This document shows positions 35,430 through 47,160 of a stretch of DNA of 64,000 bases, in pieces (within the stretch, counting starts at the first letter, position 1; each line of letters begins with the position of its first letter). Below the pieces are notes generated by a model. It was given only the letters and a program-made list of their open reading frames with translations. It had not been told where the DNA came from and ran no database searches. A program made the position numbers and the translations under genes. Source of the stretch: Eutreptiella sp. 'Long Island Sound 2002' (Eukaryota > Protista > Euglenida); NCBI GenBank assembly GCA_964036045.1, contig OZ038378.1:37944001-38008000 (forward strand), written 5' to 3'.

Positions 35430-38200
35430 TTGGAAGGTCACTTGGCGGGCCAACGCCGGGTCACTTCATGGTGGGTTAGCCCGATTAGCCCGGTTAGCCC
35501 CATTAGCCCCCTTGCCCATAAGGCCCCCTTTTTGCGACTGGCGAGTCACAGGCTACCCCTCCTGCGTGCTGGGGGGTTGCCGGGGCGCATCCTTGTTCCC
35601 GGCATCCCCTTTCTCACCCCCCGTGTCCCCTTTCTTCACACCCCCCTTGTCGCCCCGCACCCCACCCCCCTTGTCACCCCCCTCCCCCTTGTCATCACCC
35701 TCGTCCCCCTTGTTATTCCGGTCGTCCCCGTCGTCCCCGTCGTCCCGCTCCTCCAAGGCCGCCCGGAGGTGGGCCTCCGCCTCCTCCGGGGTGCGGAAGA
35801 GGAGCTCCCCTGGCACCCGGAAGGTGCCCCCCTCTTTCTCCCGCTTCCTCTTCTTCCCCTTCTTCCCCTTCTCCTCCCTGGTGGACCCCTGCGACACCAC
35901 CCACGAGTCCCCCGGGTCCAACTCCACATCCCAATCGCCCAACACCGTCACTTGGTTGACGCTCCCCCCATTGCCCACCCCTGCCCAAGGGACATACCGG
36001 GTGTCCCCCACACCCGGCACATTCCCATAGGGGTCCCGGCCCCTATCTTGCAAGGTGCTGCTGCTGTTTCTCCGCTTGCCGCTGCTGCTGTACCCTCCCT
36101 CCTCCCCCATCCTCACCAAACCCCTGCGATGCTGGTCCATCCCCCCCCCGCTCTTGCCCGTCTCCCACCTAGCCAACCCGTATAGCACCGAGAGGGCCAA
36201 GTTGGGGTCATTCCCCAACATCCGGCCCAACTCGGTGACCCCCACGAGGTGCGGGCGGCCTCCTGCATCGCGCCACTCCAACCGCACCCCGCGAGGGTCG
36301 GCTCCACACGTCTACAAGCTCACAACCTGAGAAGAGAAACAAGAGGCAGGTGTGTTCTAGCGACGTTCTAGGCAACTGTGTTGGCGTTGTAGCGACGTTC
36401 TAGCGGTGGCGGCCGCGGTTTGGCTAGATCAACATTAGAACGCTTCCCTAGATCAACGCTAGAACGCACTCAGCATACCATGTCTGGCTTATCGTGGCCG
36501 GGGGGGATTGCCTCCAGAGCCTTGGCGAAGGCACCCCAGGAATCAAGGTAATGCGGCTGCGGGGATCCACCAGTTGCAGGGGTTGTGGGGGCCTTGGGCT
36601 TGGGCTTGGGGTGGGAGGCGATGCCGTGCACCAATCTAGCATACGCCCCCCGATTGTCGGCCGATGGGTCGAACCTCCCGATCCCCATGATCTCCAACCA
36701 CGTCGGCGTCCACGTCCACGTCCTCCTAGCACACTCCATACCTCTCAGTCCCATCGCGTGCCAGAAGTGGGCGATGAACCGCCAGTGGCTCGCCCCCTCC
36801 TTTTTGACGTCGGGGGTGAAGACGTTGGGTCGGGCCAACCCAAACATCTTCACCCCCTTTTCGGAGGGGGGGGGGGGCGCTACCCCTCTCTTCCTCCCGG
36901 GCAACTTCGGTTGCCACCACCATGCCCCTGCAACCCCCCCCACCCACAAGGGTTTGTCGTCGTGGACCCACCCCTCGTCCGCCCATACCAGCTCCGCTGC
37001 CTCAAAAATTTGTGATGCACACGGTGAATCAAAAAACGGAGAGTCCAAATCGGACTGTCCGGGGGGACGAGGAGGGGATGGTCGAGGTTTGGGGGGTGGG
37101 GGCCAGCCAAGATAACGGGGTCCCATGGCAGTGCCCGGATGGACCCCGCCTCCATGGCCCCCCCCAAAACCCTAACCCACTGCTTTCCCCCCCACCGCCT
37201 TCTCTTCCGCCACCTTCTCCTCCACCTCCTGCTTGACCCCCTCCTCCACCGTCTCCTCCTCCTCCACCTCCACCACCTCATCTACCACCTCCTTTTTCAC
37301 CTTTGTCCCCTTCGCCACGATCTCCTCCATCCGCCTGACGCTCCTCTTTAGCTAGTGGATGTTGTCTTCCACGTCCCTGACCTTCTGCCTCGCCGTCTCG
37401 AGGAGCGTTGCGGCCCAACCCTCACGCTCCTCCTCCCCCTGGGCGCTCGGCGCGTCCACCTTGGCCTCCTGCGCCACCACCTTGGCCTCCGCCCTGGCCT
37501 TTGCCCCCCTCTGCGCCCCCAGGGAAGCCGATAGAACTTGCACCTCCCCGCGCAGCTGCTCTAGCTCGTACTCCTCGTCATCCTCCACCACCGCCTCCGG
37601 CTTGACCGCCTTCGCCGATTTCGTGGCTGTCAGGGGGTGTGGGGGTGGCAACGGAGGAAGAGGATGTTGGACTTGGGGCTTGGGCTTGGGCTTGGGCTTG
37701 GCCAGGGGTATTGGCTTGGGCTTTGCCTCGCCCTCGGCTGCCAGCTGGCGCATCACCTCGGCCAGCAACTCCGTGGTCTGGCGTAGCTAATGAAAAATCG
37801 CAGCAGCGTTCTAGCAACGCTCTAGGCATTTGTTCAAGCGGCGTTCTAGTGACGTTCTAGCAACCGATCGTGCTGCCTAGATCAACACTAGAACAATTCC
37901 CTAGATCGTCGCTAGAACGCACAATAAAATACCTCTTCCAAGATCTGCTCGATCAAATCCTCCTCGGCGGATATGTTGCTGATGCCGAAGAGTCTGTCCG
38001 AGGGAAGCCTGCATATTCCCCTGGCCCCTCCTCACCTCCATAGCATCCCTGCCCGAGCATCGAACTTGCGACCGGGGCCCCCCGTGCACAACCCACGATA
38101 TGTCGAAGTATGCAAACAGCCATGTCGTGCTTTTAGCTTGCACACCGTCCTCCCTGTGGATGGCCGACCATTTACGCCCTGACACCTCGTCCACCCCCTC
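35430..38200 (-). pseudogene. Antisense multi-exon GC-rich gene or pseudogene nested in the PPR-like gene intron (probably element-borne)
   Basis: Canonical introns at 37787-37932 and 36327-36478. The splice joins ...EEDLIEQILEE|LRQTTELLAEVMRQ in frame. An in-frame TAG sits at 37352. ORFs 36470-37126 and 35553-36287 are protein-like; product unknown. Confidence 0.65.
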
Positions 38201-38274
38201 CACCTACCCCCCCCCCCCCCAAACGTTGTGCTCGTCATGACCATGTTTGCGAGGGCGGTTGATGCTTTCCGATC

Positions 38275-38500
38275 GTGTAGCAGCGAATTGTAATGGGTTG
38301 TGAGCAAGTGGCCACAGGGAGGTAACGAGTTGTAATGGGGTGTGAATGGGTTGTAATGGGGTGGTAATGAGTGGTAAAGGTGTGGCAAGGAGTGGTAACA
38401 CGGTGCTATTGATTTCTAACGGGGTGGTATGGAGTGGTAACGGCATGGTAACAAGTGGTAACGGCGTGGTAACGAGTGATAATAGCGTGTTCATGAGTGG
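38275..38500. repeat. Short second patch of the GGTAAC minisatellite
   Basis: GTAATGGGGTGGTAATGAGTGGTAAAGG...GTGGTAACGGCGTGGTAACGAGTG, in the same orientation as 26840-29900. Confidence 0.85.
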
Positions 38501-38919
38501 GAATGGGTGCGGTTGTTGCCACGCAATATATGGGTGTGTTTTCAATCTGGGTATCTCTGTCCCGAATCCCCACGGAGGGTAACCGTTGCGGTCGCTTTGT
38601 ACTTGGTTTTGCCAGTACTGAGGTATTTTTTTCCAGTTCACCGGGCAACACTTGGTAAGGCTGTATCAGCTGTGGTCTGTTGTGTGTCTGTGGAGCAACT
38701 GATGCACTATATGCAGGTGCTTTGAGTTCGTAGGCCAACCCCACCCCACGCTTGCCCTTGATTACAGGCAACCTCCTTGACTTTCAGCTCTCTTTTTGGG
38801 CTGTGCAAGTTTTGCGGCCCTGCTGGTGTGTTTGTGGTATTCGATGATGAGCGCAGGAGTGTGAACGAACCCCCCTGAGACTGTGTCCACACAAGGTCAG
38901 CCTTCCATCATGTCTTCAG

Positions 38920-39354
38920 GAATTTGTCCTTGTGGTCCAGTCACTCTTCTCACAGCTGCGGCGTGCACGCCTTCCGGATGAGCTGTTTGCAATCTGGGCA
39001 CAGCTGAAGGCCCACGGTGAGTATGCGCCTGTGGCTGCCCAGGAGCCAGTGTTCCAGGAGCTCCTGCATGCAGCCCCCCTAACAGAGAGCCGTTCGATGG
39101 TGGTGCGCGACGTGCTGCAGGACATGTCACACGCAAAGGTTGAGATCACCGGGGCCCTTTTCCAAGCGGTCCTGGTCGGGCTTGGGACGGACTTCCTTGC
39201 TGTCCGCTTGTACTTTCAGGCCGCCATCAACATGGAGCCGCCAATGGGACCCAGTACGCACGCAAATGGGCTCCAGACCATGTTCCAGCTTCTGCTTAAG
39301 CAGCCAGACCAGTGGCCAGATGACCTCCCGGGTCCCTATGATCTTCTGTCTGAG
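38920..39354 (+). CDS. Internal exon of the PPR-like protein gene
   Basis: TTCAG acceptor at 38918-19, then 145 codons (EFVLVVQSLFSQLRR...VLQDMSHAKVEITGALFQAVL...YDLLSE). AG|GT donor at 39355; phase 0/0. Confidence 0.72.
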
Positions 39355-40499
39355 GTGCCTCCCCGCATCCTTTGTGTGGTTTGCGTGTGCGCATGCCTGC
39401 GCGCGTGTGTGTGTGTGTCAAAAGCTCCATTGCCAACAGCCTTCTGGACACAAGCATGTGTTTGTGTCTGCATCTGCATGCTTGTATATGTCTCTCCCTC
39501 TGTGTGTGACCCCCACTGCCGCCCAGGGGCGCGTACCTCACAGTTCGTGTGGGTGTGTGGCTAGGGTTGGCGGTGGTGTTTCCCCTTAGGCTAACAAGCA
39601 ACATATGGAGCAATCTTAGGAGCAGCATGGCCACGGTAAAGCCCCACTCCACCCCACACACACCGTTTTGGAGTCCCCTGAAGCCCCACCTCCCCGTGGA
39701 GCTGAGTCTGCCCTGTTGAGGCGGGGTTACACATCCATCCTCGCCGGTGCCCTCCCTTCTCACACTGGCTGAGGCTCTCCTCCCTGCACCATGCACCCTT
39801 TAAATCCACACTTGGCCTCCCTATCCTGTCCTCATAAGTGCTTCATACATGGCGGTGGTGTATGAATCCCCCCAAGCACACAAAATATGAGCAACAAACT
39901 CAACAGGGGCCAGGGGGATGTGACACAGATGGCGGACCTATCCTTTGGCAACTAACAGGGGGCAGACACCTCCCTTAGAGAAGAACACTTTGTTTTGGGG
40001 CCCGTAGAGCCCCCCCCCCCCCCCCTCCTGTTCCGAATGCCACTGTTCCCGTCCGACAGTAAGGTGCCCTTGGGATTGTACCTTGCACCAACAGGTTTCA
40101 TCCACCAAATTTTGGGCGAAGTGCGAAGCACCAATACGACATCTGATTTTTGACCATTTCGTGTGTGCTTGATTCTTGCTGCTGCTCCTTGCCGCTGCCG
40201 CTTGCTAAACCTGGTAGGTCCTAGACAGCAAATAGCGTTGTAAAACCAAGACTTGTTCTACTAGCTCAGTGGCCCTAACCCGAATCAAGACGGCATATTG
40301 GAACCGAGCCATTAGGCGAGGGAATACCAGCTACGAGGCTGAATAAAGATGCATGTTGAGGGGCACCAAGAACGATCCCCGTCAGTTTGCCCCTTATACC
40401 ACCCTCGAAACCCTTCCTTATTCGCTTTGATTGCTCGAGAGACTTGCCGGCCGGGTGCTCTTGCACCTCTCTCCTATCACCCCCCACATTCCCCCCCTT

Positions 40500-41240
40500 T
40501 TGGTGCACGATCAGACCCAAAATTGCCCATTTCAATGCTTTCTTGGAGCTTGTATGTGCTCATGGGGCTCCAAAATGGCTCTGTGCGCTCAAGAGACATT
40601 CCCTCCATCACTCCTCTCGCACTCCTCACCTATCACCCATCCACCTGCATTCCCCTTCGACCGCCTTGTGTTGCACCGTCGGTCCTAAAATTGCCCATTT
40701 CAATGCTTTTTTGGAGCCTGCATGGGTGCATGTGGTTGCAAGATGGCTCAAAATAGCCTCAAACCACTTGTTTGAGCTCCTCAATTGGTCCAAAAACAAC
40801 TTTGGAAAAATCATTGTTGACCACTTGTCGACCTACGGGTGACCCCATAACCCTACCCTTTCACGTGCATTGTGCACACTGCACCAATGCAATGGGGTAT
40901 TGAAGGCTGCCGATTGCGCGGAAATCGCTTGCAAGTGATCCCCTTCATCATTCTCTATAACCACAAGGGTGTCCAACGCAAGTCATGGCATTCAAACACA
41001 GCACATTCCCCTTAGACCCCGCCCCCACCCGCCCACCCCGTACACATCGTTGGTCCTAAAATTGCCCATTTCAAGGATTTTTGGGAAGTTGCACGAGCCA
41101 ATATGGGTCAAACATGGCTTAAAATAGCCTCAAACCTCTTGTTTGAGCACCCCATGTGGTGTAGGAATAGTTTTGGAGAAAATCATTTCTAAGCACTTTT
41201 GGACCCGCCGGTGAGCCTCGTAACCCTACCCTAGCATGTG
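40500..41240 (-). repeat. Three diverged, dispersed monomers of satellite A in reverse orientation
   Basis: AAAATTGCCCATTTCAA at ~40519, 40687 and 41057. 41057-41200 aligns with the reverse complement of the satellite A monomer (GCCCATTTCAAGG..TTTGGGA...GGCT.AAAAT.G.CT.AAAC..CTTGTT.G.GCA.CCC). Confidence 0.7.
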
Positions 41241-42057
41241 CACCATGCACGTTGGTGGTGCTAATAGGGCATTGAAGGGTGTTGATAACATGGAAGTATG
41301 TTGCAAGTGATCCCCTTCATCATCATTTATCTCTACAAGGGTGCCCAGCCCATTCCATGGCTATGAAACACATCACAAGAAGGTGGAGCTTGAGTATACA
41401 AAGTATACAAAAAGGGCAGCCTAGGAGTTGGCGGATAAGTGGGCCGCGGATCAGGTTGCCATGCAAGCCGCGGATCAGGCAATCATGGAGTGGGTGGGCA
41501 AGTAGGCTGCAAATTAGGGGGCCCATGAGTTAGCGCACAAGCACGTGCGCAACACAGAAGTAGAAAGCGCCATCATTTTGCAACCATTTTGTTGATGTTC
41601 TTGGCACCAGGCAACACCAACGGCTTCTTCACGGAGGTCCTCTCCGCCGTCGGTGTGCAGCAAAACCATATGATCGACTGCAAGCAGAATGGCCGCCTCC
41701 ACAAATGTGGACTTTGGCACAACTTTGGCCATTAGAACATCCGTCTAATGCTAGCAAAACTAACGCAACACCACGGCAGCATTGAAGATCACACGACAAA
41801 TAATAACGGAACCATGGTGATGCGGAGGCCAATTGCCAAAGCAAAAGCAAAATCTTGTATAAAAACAACGACATATGACATATGTGAAGCACCATGCAAC
41901 ACCCAACCCTTGTACCCCCCAATTCGCCTCCCCGAACCCCGGCTTGGCATTTTTGTGTACTCTACACACAACAACGAATCTAGTGTCCCATGATTGGCAT
42001 CATCTAGCCCCACTCTAGTAACCGACGAGATCATGCAGCAAGCACATTAGTACATGA

Positions 42058-42500
42058 GCATTCATGCAACCCTCAAGTGACCTCCTGTAGCCTCATCCAG
42101 CGGGAAAACAATGCTATTGTTGGAAATCATGCGGCAAATATCGTTGAGATCGCAGAAAAGCGAAAGCCACTTGCAGACAGAAAAAGAGGTAGGTGATATG
42201 GATCACCAAGGGGCAGATGGGGTGCCTAAATAGAATCAAGCAGAACAAGAGAAAGGCGGGGAAAATGTAAAGCATCATTGACAAATCGACGTAGCCCACA
42301 CAACAAACCCACGGCCAATTGTGCCATGCAAGACGCACAGTAGCATTCATGCAACTCTGTATTCACCTCATTTATCCCAACCCTAGCACGGGAAAAAGTA
42401 CTGTAGCAGGAAGCCATGCGCTCCAGATCGATGGGACTAAAGTGAAACGGAAGCCACATGCCAATGCAAAAAGAGGTAGGTGATATGGAACACCAAAGGG
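42058..42500. repeat. Diverged direct duplication, 285-bp offset
   Basis: GCATTCATGCAAC at 42058 and 42343; AAAAAGAGGTAGGTGATATGGA.CACCAA in both copies. Confidence 0.8.
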
Positions 42501-43630
42501 TGCTTTTCAACCATAAATTTGCAGTATTTTGTGCCCAAAAAAGAGGTTGTTGGGGCCACCAAACGGATACAAAACACACTGGACGGTGATCAAAGGTCCT
42601 TATTCATCATCTAGGTGGGTTTCGATTCAAATGGACCCCTCCATGGACGTCCTTGGCACCCAAACTGCCCCCAAAAGGGCATTTTCTGCCATTTTGGACA
42701 GATTTTGAAACCTAGGACTGCCACTTGAACCATCTGTTACCGGCCGCCATTGCGTTTCTTGCTCATACAACCTGTGTAATTGTCCTTCAAACGCATAGGT
42801 ATCATCCACCAAAATTTGGGCTAAATTCAGGGCACCACAACGGAGTTGTGATTTTTGCCCATTTCACGTGTCCTTGTTTTTTGCTGCTTGCTTGCTACTT
42901 GCTTGCCAAACTTGGTAGGTCCACCTAAGACGCTAACGAGGGTTATAAAACCAAGACTGGTTCCACCAGCTCAGTAATCTGGTATTTTCAAAAGAGCCCG
43001 CGGACAGTACATGCCTTCACCCCGGTGTTCCTAATTGTTCAACCCTGAGTCCCTAGCCCAAATTTGTTTAAGCACACAACCATATGATCCTAGCCCCACA
43101 TGTGTTGCATGATAGCATCCGAACCCTACCTCACACCCTGCACAATTCAACATGAACAAGAGCAACGAACCCTACCATTAACACTCCTTAGGTAACAAGG
43201 CTATCTACTGCATACCTGTTGCTGAACGCATTGCCGGAGTGAGAACCATACATTGTATTGTTCTAGCAACATGGGGTGGATATACATGCATCACCCTTTT
43301 TCCGTCCACTATTGTTGACCAAATTTTCCTTATGGCACCCTTGGCACCAACAGAAATAATGGCCCCTGCCATTGGACTCCCCCAGTTCCTGGGGGCTCAT
43401 GTGAATCCCCCCCCGGCACGCATTAGAACAGAAAAAATGGAAGGAGGAGCCCCCCCCCCCCCCCCCCGGGTCCAACCCCCCCCCCCTCCAGACCCCCCCC
43501 CTCCCCCTCTTCCAATGCAGGTGAAAGTCTGAGTTGGGGTCCTGGAAAATTTTTTATGTTCACAGTTTCAGGTGCAACTTGAGGATGAAGAAGGGTTCAA
43601 GGAGTGGGGAGACGAAACTGCCAGAACAAA

Positions 43631-43776
43631 TGGCGGACGAATGGTAACGCAGCAAGCTGCAGATTTCTAGGTCGGCGGTTCAAATCCCGGCCGGCCAATA
43701 TCATCGGCCCTCCGGGTTTTGAACTGGCGCCCTATGTGTTCACGGTTTGGCTGCATTACCATTCGGCCACTGCTTG
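43631..43776. mobile_element. tRNA-derived fold-back element (two tRNA-like arms tail-to-tail)
   Basis: The left arm carries an A-box-like GGACGAATGGTAACGC and a B-box-like GGTTCAAATCC. The right arm is its diverged reverse complement, ending CATTACCATTCGGCCACTGCTTG. Confidence 0.7.
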
Positions 43777-44356
43777 CGGTGACTGAAATTCTTCATGGAG
43801 CAGTTGTCAAGGAGGAGCGTCAACCCCCCAACCCCCCTTCAGACCCCCCCCTCCAGACCCCCCCCCCCCCCTCCTCCGCTCCAATGCCCCCCCCCCCCCT
43901 CAAAAGCAAAAGTCCAACTTCCCCAAACCAAGCGTTAGCACATCACTCCTGTGGCCAATGTGCTGAGACTGACAAACAATGGACCATGCGACTTGGCACA
44001 CCACACCACATGACACCACAAGACACGGCACACCACAGCAAAGCACGTTCTACACCACATACCACGGCACATGACACAGAACAGCACAGTACAGACAGCA
44101 AAGTAGAGCACAGCACGGCGACCTGGAGGAGGCGATGCAGCCATACCGGGCCACCAGCAGCCCATGGAGTGCGCGTTGCCGCCGGTAGCCCTTCCAAGGA
44201 GTCTGACACTCACATGGTCACATGCTTCATGTATCCACCATCAGCACAGCACAGCATAGCACCCCACATCCCGTACACATTACCACGTTACTTTGCTGCA
44301 GTGTGTCATGGTTTGATTCCTGCACGTTCATGCATTCATGCGGTGTCGTTTTGCAG

Positions 44357-44650
44357 ATCATGGTCTGGATCGGGCCTCCGGAAGATCTGCGTCAGACTGA
44401 CATCAACGGGGTCGCAGAGATCTTCACATACCTCATGGCCCTCCATGTACTGCTCGGGGACGTTCCCGCGGCAGAGGGGCACCTGCAGACCATGAAGGAC
44501 CACAACATCGTGTTGGGCTGGAAGACCTCGATGGTGCTGCGGTCGGCGTTCCTGGGAGCCAACAACGTAGAGGGTTACCACCAGTTCTTCCAGGACCATG
44601 ACCTCCATCACACATTCAAGCACGCCACACCTCGACACTGCCGCACTTGA
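44357..44650 (+). CDS. Terminal exon of the PPR-like protein gene
   Basis: TTGCAG acceptor, phase 0. IFTYLMALHVLLGDVPAAEGHLQTMKDHNIVLGWKTSMVLRSAF resembles a 35-aa PPR unit. Ends in TGA at 44648-50. Confidence 0.72.
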   Translation: MMVWIGPPEDLRQTDINGVAEIFTYLMALHVLLGDVPAAEGHLQTMKDHNIVLGWKTSMVLRSAFLGANNVEGYHQFFQDHDLHHTFKHATPRHCRT

Positions 44651-45305
44651 GGCAGTTTCCCTGAGGCAAATCCGTTAGCTATTGCAGGCGGCTCTCCATT
44701 AATGTTCACCAACCTGTTCGGAAGTACGTAGGTCAACGTGCCTTTATCTCAGTGACAGGGTGTGGCCAAGAGGCAGAAGTACATCGAAGATAAAGATTTC
44801 CCATTTTTTTGAACCATCCATCCTGTACGCACTTGAATCATTTGACCACAGTAAATTTGGTCTACACCTGTTACCCACAATGGCAAGGGTGAACAAAAAC
44901 TCAGTTACCCCAATATCTAACAAAAAATGGCTGAAATGTGACATATAGTTCATGCATACATGTCAAATGCTTCCTTTGATGCCGAAAGGCAACAACTTTG
45001 TTGGGCCTGGATGGCCCTCCGGAAAAGGGAGGGGGGTGTCTGGATCCTTGAGTTGCCTCAGCCGGGATATTCATACACACTCCCACTTCACTGCCCTGAG
45101 TGAAATGCGACAGGGATCGGTTGTGCCGGTTTTACAAAGCATGCCGCATGATTCTTTGTTTCCTAAAATGTATTGATATTCTTTGTGAATCACTGTCCAC
45201 ACCACTTGATGACATGTTTTTAGCAAAAGGAAAACAGAATGGTGTCCTGCTTTGCAAATCATGTGGATCACACACAGTTTGGTTGCTCACACCTACCACG
45301 AACCC

Positions 45306-45327
45306 CCCTAACCCTAACCCTAACCCT
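45306..45327 (-). repeat. Interstitial (TTAGGG)3 telomere-like repeat
   Basis: CCCTAA x3 followed by CCCT. Confidence 0.6.
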
Positions 45328-46475
45328 CCCCTCTCTCTTCACCTGGACCGGTAGTTGACCCCCCCCCCCTCCCGAGGGAAGGCCTTCCAGGCCCAGGATA
45401 GTGCAGACCAGCCAGACATAGACATACTGAGCCGGTACTTCCGTGACTTGTGTGCTTGTGTAACCCCGACGTGGCAGGGGTTGTGCACCGCCCCTTGCCA
45501 AAACTCTTTTAGCCCAGCGTATGATACCCCCACGCTGACCCGTGGGAGCGGGGTTGACGCTGGTTCCTATTTCCCCATGCAAACCAGCTTCTGCTAAGTA
45601 GGATGTACAGCCTCAGTGGCTGTCGTATGAGGCTGCACAGAAATGCTACCGCTTCATCAGAGTACAGGGGAATGTGTGTGTGGACCGGGGATGTTGCTGT
45701 TGCTGTTGTTGCTGATGGGCCTGCTGCTGAGCCACAGCAGCAGCACGTGCTGTCATTGGTGCAGCTGCTGTCACTGTTGCAGCCGCTTCTGTTGCTGACT
45801 GAGTAGCAGCAGCTGCTGTTGCTGGTGCTGTTGCTGGTGCTGTTGCTGGCGCGCAATGCAACAGTCAGTGCTGACGATTGCACGCTGATGAGGGATGTCA
45901 ACCCCTTATTCTGCGCTGGACTCGCTGTACTTGGGGCATCCCCCTCCCTCGCCCTCAGAGACGAGAAGAACTCCTCATCGCTGACAATGGAACAACCAAA
46001 CCACCGCAGGAAGGTGTTGACTGCCACCTCCCCTAATTGATTGATGGGTACAGCGCCCTTCACCAATTTCCAGGTGTTTTCCATTTGATTTTTGGTTTTT
46101 GCGACAGGCAAGGGTTGGTACACAGCAACAAGGCGAATGCAGTCTAACAGTGCAAGGTAGCAGGGGATGCAACAGTCTTGTATGAACATAGTGCAGCCAA
46201 ATCACCTCGAAGAGAGGTTGTTAGATCAAGCGCAGGCGCGGGCGTCGTATACCCCCCCTTTTTGGGGTCATTCGCGTAGCATACCCCAAGGCATGATATT
46301 GGATGTCCAACCCCTTGTAAAATCATTATTTTGCCCAATAAGACCATCCCCCAATGGATTTTTTGATTCTGAGGCCTCTACCCCCTAAAACTGGATATCA
46401 CTTTTTTTGGGGGGGGGTGGGGGGGTGGGGGGGGTGGGGTGGGGTGGGGGGTCAAAAGTTTTCGCTCAAAAGGCT

Positions 46476-46677
46476 CCAAGCAGTGGGGAAGCCTACCGCT
46501 TTCACACAACCGCCGGTCGAATGGTAGCGCAGCCGACGCAAAGTTTTTGGTCGGTGGTTCGAATCCTGGTCAGCTGACTTTTGGCGGCGGCGGCGGCGTC
46601 AAATTCAGCCGGCCTGGGTTCGAACCGCCGACCAAAGAGACTACGGTCGGCTGCATTACCATTCGGCCACTGCTTGG
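46476..46677. mobile_element. tRNA-derived fold-back element, second copy, CCAAGCAGTGG termini
   Basis: Arms GGTCGAATGGTAGCGCAGCCGAC...GGTCGGTGGTTCGAATCCTGG and rc GGCCGAATGGTAATGCAGCCGAC...GGTCGGCGGTTCGAACCCAGG flank a (GGC)5 spacer, with an 11-bp perfect terminal inverted repeat. Confidence 0.75.
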
Positions 46678-46933
46678 TCTGAAGTGAAGCGTCGCCCCCA
46701 GGGTTTTGCTTAATGTCCGTCCTACCCTACCCTGGGGGGGGGGTGGGTGGGTGGGTCTGGCAGAATTTCAGGGTGGGTGGGTGTCCAACCACCCCCCCCC
46801 CCCCAGGGTAGGGTGGGACTTTGTGGGGGCCTTGGGTCTATTGAGCCAGTGCCACTTCTTTCTTTCTTCTGTTGCAGGTTCCGTGTAACATGTTTACGGT
46901 GTATTTACCTGTCATTGCATGTCACGTGTGCAT

Positions 46934-47160
46934 GCCCCACGCCCATAAAGGGGCTAGGATTCTTTGTGCTTTGTGTTGGCTGCGGAGGGGGTAACGCTAG
47001 AACCCCACAGTTCTTGTCTCTGCCCCACGCCCATAAAGGGGCTAGGATTCTTTGTCCTTTGTGTCGGATGCGGAGGGGGTAACGCTAGAACCCCACAGTT
47101 CTTGTCTCTGCCCCACGCCCATAAAGGGGCTAGGATTCTTTGTGCTTTGTGCCGGATGTG
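46934..47160. repeat. Near-identical 88-bp tandem repeat, ~2.6 copies
   Basis: GCCCCACGCCCATAAAGGGGCTAGGATTCTTTGT starts at 46934, 47022 and 47110. Confidence 0.95.

Larger units (their letters stand above)
40090..42975. repeat. Pair of diverged ~180-bp direct repeats (40090-40270 and 42795-42975)
   Basis: Both copies share CATCCACCAAA(A)TTT(T)GGGC ... CTTGC(T/C)AAAC(C/T)TGGTAGGTCC ... TAAAACCAAGACT(T/G)GTTC ... AGCTCAGT. Confidence 0.8.

Noticed and set aside
40090-42975. LTR retrotransposon bounded by the two direct repeats
   Set aside because: No TG...CA ends, PBS, PPT, TSD or gag/pol motifs are visible between them.
45509-46189. 226-aa minus-strand ORF with a Ser/Asn/Cys-rich centre
   Set aside because: The centre is a CAG/CAA trinucleotide-like tract read off-frame. 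No family was recognised, and it is probably a decayed element fragment, so it was not called as a CDS.
43631-46677. Functional tRNA genes
   Set aside because: The arms lack a complete acceptor stem and consistent anticodon arm, differ between copies and occur as inverted pairs.
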